Part shown: in pieces, positions 9,638 to 17,734 of the stretch | Layout of the letters: the number at the start of each line of letters is the position of its first letter | Position numbering within the stretch: position 1 is the first letter of the stretch | NCBI GenBank assembly: GCA_025464915.1 | Contig: JAODNF010000341.1 | Location: 1 to 49,961, forward strand | DNA length: 49,961 bases | DNA from: Frankiales bacterium | GTDB taxonomy: Bacteria; Actinomycetota; Actinomycetes; Mycobacteriales; SCTD01 | Reading direction: 5' to 3' | Translations under genes and position numbers: made by a program | The notes under the pieces: model-generated | Seen by the model: the letters and a program-made list of their open reading frames with translations, nothing else | Told to the model about the DNA's origin: nothing | Database searches by the model: none

Positions 9638-10288
9638 TCAGTCGGGGCTCGTCCAGCGGGCTCGCGGTCGGACGCCTGGCCCGAGTGTCGCAGGTCCGAC
9701 GGACTTCCGTGGGGCCGCGAGGCAGCGTGCTGTGCGGAGGAGCACCAGCAGGTCCGTCCAGGCGGTTCGGGCCTGGGCGTAGTCGGCGGAGACCCGTGCC
9801 TTCTCGGGAAGCAGCACCTCGCGGTAGTAGGCCTCCGGGTCGGGCTGGCGCGCCAGGACCTCCGCCTCGTCGAGGTACCGCAGGCTGGCGGGGTCGGTCA
9901 GCCCCGGCCGCCGTCCGAGGAGCTGCCCAGCCATCCTGGGGGAGAGGAAGCCAGGCAGCTCCGGTCGCGGACCGACGAGTGCCATCTCGCCGCGCACGAC
10001 GTTCACGAGCTGTGGGAGCTCGTCCAGGCGGTGCTGGCGGAGCGGGCGCCCGACCCGGGTGATCCGGAGGTCCGCACCGATCGTGAGGCAGCTGCCCTGC
10101 TCCGCCGAGACGACCATGGTGCGGAACTTCAGCAGTGCGAACGGCACACCGTCCTTGCCGAGACGGACCTGACGGAACAGGACGGGGCCGGTCGTGGTGG
10201 TGCCCACGACGACCGCGACGAGCAGCAGGACGGGGGACAGCACGACGAGAAGGACTGCGGCGAGCAGGGCATCGCACCAACGGGGCAC
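9638..10288 (-). CDS. Small monotopic phosphoglycosyl transferase (PglC / WbaP-C-terminal type, bacterial sugar transferase family)
   Basis: 216 aa. One N-terminal hydrophobic helix (ALLAAVLLVVLSPVLLLVAVVV), then GPVLFRQVRLGKDGVPFALLKFRTM and DELPQLVNVVRGEMALVGPRPE. Confidence 0.9.
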   Translation of the reverse strand: MPRWCDALLAAVLLVVLSPVLLLVAVVVGTTTTGPVLFRQVRLGKDGVPFALLKFRTMVVSAEQGSCLTIGADLRITRVGRPLRQHRLDELPQLVNVVRGEMALVGPRPELPGFLSPRMAGQLLGRRPGLTDPASLRYLDEAEVLARQPDPEAYYREVLLPEKARVSADYAQARTAWTDLLVLLRTARCLAAPRKSVGPATLGPGVRPRARWTSPD

Positions 10289-10291
10289 GGC

Positions 10292-11503
10292 TCACCGCCC
10301 AGCAGCGAGGAGGGCGGCGGGTACGGCGGACAGGACCTGGTCGACCTGCCCGGCCGTCATCCCGGGGAACAGCGGGAGGCTCACCTCCTGGTCGAACAGC
10401 CGGGTGGCGCCGGGCAGGTCCCCGGGGAGCAGGCCGTAGGAGTCCCGGTAGTACGGCTGCAGGTGCAGCGGGATGAAGTGCACGCTCGTCATCACGCCGC
10501 GCGCGGCGAGCTCTTCGATGAAGCGGTCGCGGACGCGCCGGCCGGCGAGGACCCGCAACGGATAGAGGTGGTGGGCGTGCTCGTCGCCCCACGGCACGGC
10601 CTCCGGCACCCGAAGTCCCTCGAGGTGGCCGAGCTCCTCGTCGTACCTCGCTGCCACCGCGGCGCGCCGGCGCTGCAGCTCGGGCAGCCGCTCGAGCTGC
10701 GTGATGCCCATCGCCGCGGCGACGTCGGTGAGGTTGTACTTGAAGCCTGCCGCCACCACGGAGTAGCGCCAACCGTCGGCCTTCCGGTAGCGCGCGAAGG
10801 AGTCGCGATCGATGCCGTGCAGGCGCATGACGCGGGCCCGGTGCGCGACCGCGTCGTCGGCCGTCACCAGCATGCCGCCCTCGCCGGTGCACAGCGTCTT
10901 CGTCGCGTAGAAGCTGAAGGCGGTCGCCGTCCCCCACGTGCCGATCGGCTTGCCGTGCCGCGCGGCGGGCAGCGCGTGGGCGGCGTCGTCGACCACGCTC
11001 CACCCGCGCCTGGACGCCAGCTCGACGAGGGTCTCCATCTCGCACGGCAGCCCCGCGAAGTGCACGGGTACGACGGCGCGCACCCTGCGCCGGACGGCAG
11101 GGGTCAGGCGGTGCCAGGCCTCCTGCACGGTGTCGGCGGTGATGTTCCCGGTGGCCGGGTCGATGTCTGCGAAGACCGGATGGGCACCGAGGTAGCGCAG
11201 CACCTCGGCCGTCGCCGTGAACGTGTAGGGCGAGGTGATGACGCGGTCCCCGCGCTTGATGCCCAGCGCCTCCAGCGCGAGGTGGAGAGCGGACGTGCAG
11301 GAGTTGACAGCCAGTGCCTGAACGCCTCCGCCCAGGTGCTCCGCGAAGCGCTTCTCGAACTCCCGGCAGCGCTCACCCGTCGTGAGCCAGCCGTCGCGCA
11401 GGACGGCGACGACCGCGGCGATGTCCTGCTCGTCGATGTCGGCGCGGTGGAACGGCACCGAGGCAGGCCCGGGCTCGGGGTCTGGGGAGAGCGCGACGGT
11501 CAC
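10292..11503 (-). CDS. DegT/DnrJ/EryC1/StrS-family PLP sugar aminotransferase (PglE-like)
   Basis: ORF 10292..11626 trimmed to GTG 11503, which overlaps the upstream stop as GTGA. Motifs VPFHRADIDEQDI, NSCTSALHLALEALGI, FYATKTLCTGEGGM (Schiff-base Lys) and HHLYPLRV. Confidence 0.9.
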   Translation of the reverse strand: MTVALSPDPEPGPASVPFHRADIDEQDIAAVVAVLRDGWLTTGERCREFEKRFAEHLGGGVQALAVNSCTSALHLALEALGIKRGDRVITSPYTFTATAEVLRYLGAHPVFADIDPATGNITADTVQEAWHRLTPAVRRRVRAVVPVHFAGLPCEMETLVELASRRGWSVVDDAAHALPAARHGKPIGTWGTATAFSFYATKTLCTGEGGMLVTADDAVAHRARVMRLHGIDRDSFARYRKADGWRYSVVAAGFKYNLTDVAAAMGITQLERLPELQRRRAAVAARYDEELGHLEGLRVPEAVPWGDEHAHHLYPLRVLAGRRVRDRFIEELAARGVMTSVHFIPLHLQPYYRDSYGLLPGDLPGATRLFDQEVSLPLFPGMTAGQVDQVLSAVPAALLAAGR

Positions 11504-13473
11504 GGCAGCGCTGCCATCACGGGGCGAGGCTCCGGCAGGGCGATGACGTCCGGTGGACGCAGGCCCGCCACCTCGAAGAGCAGCGCGCGGGTGGCTTCGT
11601 CCCGTCCCGCCCAGGCATGAGCGCACAGCTCACCCACCGCCGTGCGCAGCGTCACCGCGTCGATCGTTCCGGTGCCGACGCGGAAGACCTTCGCGTGCGC
11701 TGTCGCGTGCACCGACTCGTCAGGGCTGGAGAGCTCCTCCACCAGCTTCTCGCCTGCCCGGAGGCCGGTGAACCGAACGTCGATGTCAACGCCCAGGACC
11801 AGCCCGGCGAGGTCGATCATCCGCTCCGCCAGGTCGACGATGCGGACCGGCTCACCCATGTCGAGGACGAAGACCTCTCCGCCCTCAGAGGTCGCCGCTG
11901 CCTGCAGGACGAGGGACACCGCTTCTCCGGTCGTCATGAAGTAGCGGGTCATGTCAGGGTGCGTCACCGTCAGCGGTCCGCCGGCCCGCAACTGGTCGAG
12001 GAACGTCGGCACGACGCTTCCACGGCTGCCGAGGACGTTGCCGAACCGCACGGCGCAGAAGTGCCGGCCAGGACCGTCCCCGTGAACCACGATCTGCTCG
12101 GCAATGCGCTTCGTGGCACCCATGACGCACTGGGGGCGCACCGCCTTGTCGGTCGAGATCGCGACGAACCTCTCGGTGCCCCACCGCACGGCGGCCCGGA
12201 CGAGGACATCGGTCCCGTGGACGTTGGTGCGCACGGCCTCGGCCGGGAACCGCTCCAGGATGGGGACGTGCTTGTGGGCCGCGGCGTGGAACACGACGTG
12301 TGGTCGCAGCTCACCCATCAGGGTGTCGAGGAACTCTGCGTCCCGGATGTCGCCGAGGACGCTGCGCCCGGTCCCCGTGAGCCGTGCCATCGCGTCGTGC
12401 AGGTGCGTCTCGTCGTGGTCCAGCAGGACGACCTCCGCCGGGTCGAGTCGAGCGACCTGCACGGCGATCTCGCTGCCGATGGACCCGCCTGCCCCGGTGA
12501 CCAGGACCCGCTTGCCGGTGATGATCGACCTCATCGCCGTGAGGTCGACGGCGACCGGCGGTCGTCCCAGCAGGGCCTCGAGAGCAGTCTCGTGGATCTC
12601 CCGGTAGGAGCGGCGCGTCGCATCGTGCAGGCTCGGGAGCGTCCGGACGCCCAGGCCCGCGGCACGGGCGAGCGTCAGGGCGCGCTCGTCAGACGCCTTG
12701 TCCCTCCCCGGGAGCAGCAGCACCTGCTGTCCGCCGTAGGCCCAGGCAAACCCGGGAAGGTCGTCGACCGGCCCGACGACGGGCACTCCTGCGAGCCGCC
12801 TGTGCCAGGCGCTCGCCTCGTCGGTGACGATGACGACGGGACGCAGCCGGGCGTGCGGCTCGCCGCGCATCTGCTCGACGGCCGCGCGGGCAGCACGAGG
12901 AGCGCCGATGACGAGCACCGCGTCCCCGTCCTCGGGAGCCATCGCACGCCCCTGGTCTCGCACGCGCACCTGGAAGCGGGCGACGGCGAGCAGCAGCACG
13001 AGGAGGAGCCCTGCGTTCAGCGGAACCGAGACCGGGAGGGCTCGGCCGCCGGCGGGGACAAGGTCCGCCAGCACGAGCAGCGCCGCCGCTCCGGTAGCCG
13101 TGACGCCTATCCACCAGGCCTCCACGACCCCGGCTTGCCCCCAGACCCGGGCGTAGAGGCCGACGCGGGCGAGCAGCAGCACGTAGGTCGCCCCTGCTGC
13201 GGCGGCGAAGGGCACCAGGTGGACCCAGTAGACCGTCGGGGCGTCGCCGTCGAACCGCAGGAGGAGGGCCGTCGCGTAGGCCAGCACCACCATCAGCACG
13301 TCGCAGAGGACGAGGCCCGGGTCGGTGCGCAGCTGTCCCGTGACGGACGACTTCCGGGAGCTGTCCCGGCCGCCCACCCCGTGCACCGAGGGTGCTGGGC
13401 ACCGATCGGGAGGAGAGGTTCGTCGTTCGCGCCGCGTACGGCGTTGCACCAGCATGCGCGCTCCGTGGGCCAC
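11500..13473 (-). CDS. Membrane-anchored NDP-sugar 4,6-dehydratase (CapD / PglF / WbpM family)
   Basis: 657-aa ORF; the true start is uncertain (13473, 13455 or an internal GTG). Several N-terminal TM helices, then RVLVTGAGGSIGSEIAVQV, HAAAHKHVP, AISTDKAVRP, GATKRIAEQ and RFGNVLGSRGSV. Confidence 0.85.
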   Translation of the reverse strand: MAHGARMLVQRRTRRERRTSPPDRCPAPSVHGVGGRDSSRKSSVTGQLRTDPGLVLCDVLMVVLAYATALLLRFDGDAPTVYWVHLVPFAAAAGATYVLLLARVGLYARVWGQAGVVEAWWIGVTATGAAALLVLADLVPAGGRALPVSVPLNAGLLLVLLLAVARFQVRVRDQGRAMAPEDGDAVLVIGAPRAARAAVEQMRGEPHARLRPVVIVTDEASAWHRRLAGVPVVGPVDDLPGFAWAYGGQQVLLLPGRDKASDERALTLARAAGLGVRTLPSLHDATRRSYREIHETALEALLGRPPVAVDLTAMRSIITGKRVLVTGAGGSIGSEIAVQVARLDPAEVVLLDHDETHLHDAMARLTGTGRSVLGDIRDAEFLDTLMGELRPHVVFHAAAHKHVPILERFPAEAVRTNVHGTDVLVRAAVRWGTERFVAISTDKAVRPQCVMGATKRIAEQIVVHGDGPGRHFCAVRFGNVLGSRGSVVPTFLDQLRAGGPLTVTHPDMTRYFMTTGEAVSLVLQAAATSEGGEVFVLDMGEPVRIVDLAERMIDLAGLVLGVDIDVRFTGLRAGEKLVEELSSPDESVHATAHAKVFRVGTGTIDAVTLRTAVGELCAHAWAGRDEATRALLFEVAGLRPPDVIALPEPRPVMAALP

Positions 13474-13950
13474 GTCCCGCGGAAGGGTGCGGAGACGAGC
13501 GATCGCGAAAGACCGAACGTCCCCGCGAGTGGTCTCAGTGACTGAGTGGACCGCGCGAAGCGGAGATACGCCCGCGTCATGCTGGCGCGCAAAGGCGAAG
13601 CCGTCGTATCACCGGAGCCGCAGCCGGCTCATCACGGACGCGGTCCCGAGACGTCCGCCCGAGCGCAACGGAGCGATGACGTGACCGAGTCAGAGCGCGA
13701 GGAGCGCAGGGTCGCCGGCGGGGGTGAGCGTCGCACCTACAACCGGCGTCAGCCGCCCACGGTCACCCCGCCTTACTACGAGGCCTTCGAGCGGATAGCG
13801 GTGGCCATCGAGGGGATCGGGTCGCTGCTTCAGCAGAGGCAGGTCAGGCTTCCGGACACAGCCGGGGCGGTACCGCCGCGCGCTTCGCCGGAGCAGAGCC
13901 GCGGCCGGTGACGATCGACCCGCAGGGCCGTCCACTCTGCTGAGCCCGGG

Positions 13951-14382
13951 TCACAGCGTGATCCACGACGTCTGCCAGTCCCGCCCTCTCACCGCACCTG
14001 CTGCCACTCGCGAGAGAACCATCGACAGGGGGCCGTGCGAGGGTGCCGAGACGAGGACACGGCTGCCCGGTCCGGACCGGAGCGACACGTCGGTGCGAGG
14101 GCTGAGGACCTCGACGAGGAGCTCGATCTCCGGGGTCGTCCGCACCTCCAGCCGCGCGACGCCTTCTGGCCGCTGACCGTTCTCGACGTCGAGCACGCTG
14201 ACCCGTGCCAGCAGTCCGGGCCCGGCGAACACCAGGACCCGAGTGACGCCGGCTGGTAGCGCGGGATGGAGCTCCCAGCTGCCGGTGCAGGTGTCGTCGA
14301 TGAGCTCGAGGAGGACCGCCCCCTCGCGCCTGCGGTCGAAGGCCGCCAGCGCCGCAAGGCGCACGTGGTCCGGTACCGCCAC
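13951..14382 (-). CDS. Hypothetical protein downstream of the ECF sigma factor
   Basis: 143 aa in a GC3-rich frame. SD GAGGAGG lies 5 nt upstream of GTG 14382, and the gene is 48 nt downstream of the sigma gene. I see no TM helix, no zinc-finger anti-sigma motif and no recognisable domain. Confidence 0.6.
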   Translation of the reverse strand: MAVPDHVRLAALAAFDRRREGAVLLELIDDTCTGSWELHPALPAGVTRVLVFAGPGLLARVSVLDVENGQRPEGVARLEVRTTPEIELLVEVLSPRTDVSLRSGPGSRVLVSAPSHGPLSMVLSRVAAGAVRGRDWQTSWITL

Positions 14383-14430
14383 GTGGCCTCCTCGGTGTGC
14401 GGGACGGTGATCCCGCAGCCACCGGGACTG

Positions 14431-15039
14431 TCAGTGGCTGTCACCATCCAAGACACTTCTTGCTGGCTCAGCAATACCCCGCATCGCGAGCAATCCTTGC
14501 AGCCGGTCAAGACATCGACCCCGTGTCGGCCCGATGCTGCCGATGGGCATCCCCATGGCGGCGGAGATCTCGTCGTACGAGGCGGGCGGGTCGAGCATGA
14601 GCAGGTGAAGGAGCTGACGGCAGCGGGGTGACAGGCCGAGCAGTGCCCGCTGCACCTCGGCGTCGCGCTCGTCGCCGAGCAGTGCCGCATCGATCTCGGG
14701 GTCGTGGTGCGGCCGGCCGTCGGCCAGTGGCCCCGCGTCGGCGACCGGGAAGGTCTTGGACCCCCGGCCGATGACCCTGAGGCACTCTCGCCGCGCGGTC
14801 GTCGCCAACCAGGCCCCGACCCGGGCCGGGTCGTCGATCGAGCCGATGTGCTCGACCAGGCGCAACCAGGTGGTCTGCGACACGTCGCCCGCATCCGCCT
14901 GGCCGAGCCTGTGGTTGCGCGCGATGGTCCAGATCAGACCGGCGTAGGAGTCGACGAGCAGCTCCCAGCTGTGCCGGTCGCCGCCCGCGGCGTCCCGCAC
15001 CAGCGTCGCTGACTCGCCAGGCGTGAGTCGGGTGCTCAT
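14431..15039 (-). CDS. ECF-type sigma-70 family RNA polymerase sigma factor
   Basis: 202 aa. Region 2 (LLVDSYAGLIWTIARNH, DVSQTTWLRLVEH) and region 4 HTH (ASYDEISAAMGMPIGSIGPTRGRCLDRL). Confidence 0.9.
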   Translation of the reverse strand: MSTRLTPGESATLVRDAAGGDRHSWELLVDSYAGLIWTIARNHRLGQADAGDVSQTTWLRLVEHIGSIDDPARVGAWLATTARRECLRVIGRGSKTFPVADAGPLADGRPHHDPEIDAALLGDERDAEVQRALLGLSPRCRQLLHLLMLDPPASYDEISAAMGMPIGSIGPTRGRCLDRLQGLLAMRGIAEPARSVLDGDSH

Positions 15040-15176
15040 GCCCTCACCGCCTGGCCGTTGACGAGCACGGATGCTGCTACTGACCCTAGGAAGTCAGCGA
15101 TAGGGCTGCTATCGGTCGCTTGCATGACCCGCTCCTACGCTCGAGCGCGTACGCCGGGTCCCGGGGCGGGTGCGCG

Positions 15177-15833
15177 TCATGGGTGGTCGGATCGGAGAGT
15201 GGGCCCGGGCGGGGAGCTGCGATCTGCGCGGGTGCCTCGCAACCACGAGGCGGCCTGCACCGCGGAGTGCACGTCGATCTTGCGGAACAGGCGCTGCCGG
15301 TGCGTCCGCACCGTGTTCGGCGACAGGTGCAGCTGTGCGGCGATCTCGCGGTTGGTCCGACCTGCCGCGACCAGGTCCAGGACGGTGCGCTCGCGCGGCG
15401 AGAGGTCCTGGTCGTCGACGGCGGTCCGAGGGGCGGCGATGAGCCGCTGCAGCACGCTGCCGACGAGCTCAGCGGGCACCCACATGTCACCTTCGACGAC
15501 GGCCCTGACGACGTGCAGGACGAGGCCGGGCAGGGCGTCCGCGGGCAACCAGGCCGACGCGCCAGCCCGAAGCGCGGCGAGGGTCTCGTTGACCGGATCG
15601 ATGCCCTCGGCGCTCCCGAGGGCGACGCAGAGGGCGCTGTCCGGTGCCCCGCGGCTGCCCCACGACACCCCCTGCGGCAACATGGTCTCGTCGGCGATCA
15701 GGACGTCCAGCCGGTCCAGGCCCTGCAGCGCGTCGTAGGCGCTGGTGCCCACCTCGACGACGAGGTCCGGCGCGAGGGAGGCGACAGCCGAGGCGGACGC
15801 CTCGGCGACGAGGCGCTGCCGGTGCAGCACCAT
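15177..15833 (-). CDS. LuxR/GerE-family regulator with atypical receiver domain
   Basis: The 422-aa ORF 15177..16445 reads through the upstream gene in another frame. It is trimmed to ATG 15833 (GTG 15836 is an alternative). HTH LSPRERTVLDLVAAGRTNREIAAQLHLSPNTVRTHRQRLFRKI. The receiver-like N-domain lacks the acidic pair (MVLHRQ) and the conserved Lys (WLPAD) but keeps an Asp in DVLIADE. Confidence 0.8.
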   Translation of the reverse strand: MVLHRQRLVAEASASAVASLAPDLVVEVGTSAYDALQGLDRLDVLIADETMLPQGVSWGSRGAPDSALCVALGSAEGIDPVNETLAALRAGASAWLPADALPGLVLHVVRAVVEGDMWVPAELVGSVLQRLIAAPRTAVDDQDLSPRERTVLDLVAAGRTNREIAAQLHLSPNTVRTHRQRLFRKIDVHSAVQAASWLRGTRADRSSPPGPTLRSDHP

Positions 15834-15865
15834 CACGTGGACGTGTCCTGAGCCGGGCACAGCGC

Positions 15866-16459
15866 TCACCCCTCCGCCGCGTCGGCCCACGTGCTGGCGG
15901 TGAGTGCCTCGACCTGGTTGCGGGCGTCGAGCTTCCTGCGTGCGGACTCCAGGTGCGAGCGCACGGTGTGCGGCGAGATGCCGAGCTCGGCCCCGATCTC
16001 CCGACTGGACAGGCCGTTGCCGACGAGCTCCAGGAGCTCTCGCTCGCGGTGGGTGAGGGCGGTCGGGCGGGCGTCGCGCCGGGCGGCTGCGGGCCGGGGT
16101 GTCGTGACGACCTCGGAGACGAGCTGGTCGAGAGCGGCGAGGGACAGGCTCTTGTCGGCGACGGCCCGGGCACCGGCGACCAGTGCCAGCTGCGCCACCG
16201 CCTCGGTGACCGCGCCGCTGAGCACGACGATCGTCGTGCGAGGTGCGACGACGCGGATCGCCGAGATCGCGGTCACCCCAGCCAGTAGGTCGTCCCCGAA
16301 GCGCGCGTCGAGGAGGCAGAGGTCGAACGGTGACGCCCGGAGCGCGGAGAGCGCCTCGCTGGGGTGCGACGAGACCCGGGCGGTGTGACCGCGCTCCTGG
16401 AAGTGATGAGCCAGGCAGGCGGCCAGCATGGCGTGGTCGTCGCACACCAGCACGCGCAC
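15866..16459 (-). CDS. NarL/LuxR-family response regulator (canonical receiver)
   Basis: 197 aa. VLVCDDH, DLCLLDARF, VVLSG and ADKS receiver landmarks, plus HTH LTHRERELLELVGNGLSSREIGAELGISPHTVRSHL. Confidence 0.9.
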   Translation of the reverse strand: MRVLVCDDHAMLAACLAHHFQERGHTARVSSHPSEALSALRASPFDLCLLDARFGDDLLAGVTAISAIRVVAPRTTIVVLSGAVTEAVAQLALVAGARAVADKSLSLAALDQLVSEVVTTPRPAAARRDARPTALTHRERELLELVGNGLSSREIGAELGISPHTVRSHLESARRKLDARNQVEALTASTWADAAEG

Positions 16460-16461
16460 GG

Positions 16462-17136
16462 TCAGCCGGCCGTTCGCGGCAGGTGGAGCCCGACGGCGAG
16501 ACCGCCGAGGGGTCCGACCCGGCGCGTCACGGTGCCGTTGTGCCGGCGGGCCACGTCCGCCACGACAGCCATGCCGAGCCCTGACCCGTTGAACGCGCGT
16601 GCCGTGCCGGAGCCGTCGTCCTCGACCTCGAGCAGCACCTCGTCATGGTCGTCCGCGACCGTGACGCGGATGGATCCCTGTGGAGCGGCGAGCCTCGCGT
16701 TGTCGAGAAGGTTGACGATCGCCCGTCGGACGTCGCTCGCCACCCCCCGCACCAGGCCCTCGTCGGGCACGTGGAGGTCGATGACCCCGGGGTGCACGAG
16801 CCGCGCGGTCCTGACGACGTCGACGACGAGCGGCCGGAGTGCCAGGTCACGCGGCGGTGACGGCAGCCGGGCCTCACGGAGCGTCGCTCGCAGGACCTCG
16901 ACCTGGTTCCGGAGCGCCTGCTCCAGGGGCTGTGGGTCCCGCGCGCCGATGAGGCGCGACACCAGGTGCTCCATCACGGTGACCTCCTGCTGGAGGTCGT
17001 GGCAGAGCTCGTTCAGCCCGAGGGCGGACGCGGCGGCTGCCGAGTCGTGATCACCCGGTGCGAGCCGGAGCACCAGCTCAGCGGACACCTCCTTGCGCTC
17101 GACGGGCGCAAGAGGGCTGTTGGCAGCTGCGGTCAT
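16462..17136 (-). CDS. Cytoplasmic HisKA_3-type histidine kinase without a sensor domain
   Basis: 224 aa with no TM helix. H-box LNELCHDLQQEV, N-box VNLLDNARLAA, G1 VEDDGSG and G2 GSGLGMAVV. Its stop is 2 nt from the start of the regulator gene at 16459. Confidence 0.8.
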   Translation of the reverse strand: MTAAANSPLAPVERKEVSAELVLRLAPGDHDSAAAASALGLNELCHDLQQEVTVMEHLVSRLIGARDPQPLEQALRNQVEVLRATLREARLPSPPRDLALRPLVVDVVRTARLVHPGVIDLHVPDEGLVRGVASDVRRAIVNLLDNARLAAPQGSIRVTVADDHDEVLLEVEDDGSGTARAFNGSGLGMAVVADVARRHNGTVTRRVGPLGGLAVGLHLPRTAG

Positions 17137-17314
17137 CGGACACTCCGGAACTCGGGGCGGGCGACGCCGAGATCTAGAGCGAAGGGGTGAGCGGGGCCAG
17201 GTTGCTGCGGCCCGTCCCGGAGACTACTGCGTTGGTTGTCCCATGTCTGCGTTCGGGAGCACATCCCGGGCCCGTGAGACGTATCCGTCGTGACGGGCAG
17301 CTGCTCTCCCGGAC

Positions 17315-17734
17315 ATGGACATCGGGGCGTGCGGTGCCGGGGTGTGCCCCGACGGCCGCCGCGTCGAGCTCACCATCCATGACGCGAGCTGGCGCGGCCT
17401 GCTTGCGCTGCGCGACGCCGTGGCGCACGGGACGCGTGACCCGCACACGACGGTCTGCGTCGACCTGCACGAGATCGCCTGGGAGACCGCCTCGACGTTC
17501 TGGCTCGCGGCGATCGTCTCCGCGGCGCGAGTGGCACGAGCGCGTGGCTGCGGGCTCGAGGTGCGATCGGCACCTGCCCACCTGTGTGACGCGCTTGCTC
17601 GACTGGGGCTCGGAGCACGTCAGTTCGAACCAGGTGTGCTCACCGGCGGCCTCGGGACGGCTTGGTGCCCGTTGGGAACCGCCCGCTGCTGCGCGCTCGG
17701 CAGCCAGGCAGCACTCGACGGCGCCGGCCAGTAG
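17315..17734 (+). CDS. STAS-domain (anti-sigma-factor-antagonist-like) protein
   Basis: 139 aa. VCVDLHEIAWETASTFWLAAIVSAARVARARGCGLEVRSAPAHLCDALARLGL resembles the SpoIIAA/STAS core. The SD is weak. The last 115 nt overlap the 3' end of the convergent GGDEF-EAL gene. Confidence 0.55.
   Translation: MDIGACGAGVCPDGRRVELTIHDASWRGLLALRDAVAHGTRDPHTTVCVDLHEIAWETASTFWLAAIVSAARVARARGCGLEVRSAPAHLCDALARLGLGARQFEPGVLTGGLGTAWCPLGTARCCALGSQAALDGAGQ

Noticed and set aside
13690-13935. Minus-strand ORF of 81 aa in the long gap upstream of the dehydratase gene.
   Set aside because: The product is Arg/Pro-rich with no SD. It is antisense to the somewhat better-supported plus-strand small ORF, which I have placed in findings rather than features.
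15080-15114. Two small adjacent hairpins, CTGAC-N8-GTCAG and CGATAG-N5-CTATCG, between the LuxR gene stop and the sigma gene start.
   Set aside because: The stems are only 5-6 bp. That is too weak to call a terminator or operator without transcript data, so I note them only as a possible operon boundary.
15177-16445. Inflated ORF-track models that span two genes: 15177..16445, 19724..20992, 21128..23488, 24722..26740, 26710..28476, 28275..29492, 37434..39371 and 45470..47233.
   Set aside because: The N-terminal portions run through the upstream gene in a different frame and are low-complexity. In each case a GTG or ATG that overlaps the upstream stop codon (GTGA/ATGA/TGATG) starts exactly where recognisable domain sequence begins, so the models were trimmed.
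17227-17253. Repeated heptamer CTGCGTT, two copies 20 nt apart, in the kinase / STAS divergent region.
   Set aside because: A 7-mer repeat within about 180 nt is expected by chance, and there is no palindromic or phased structure.
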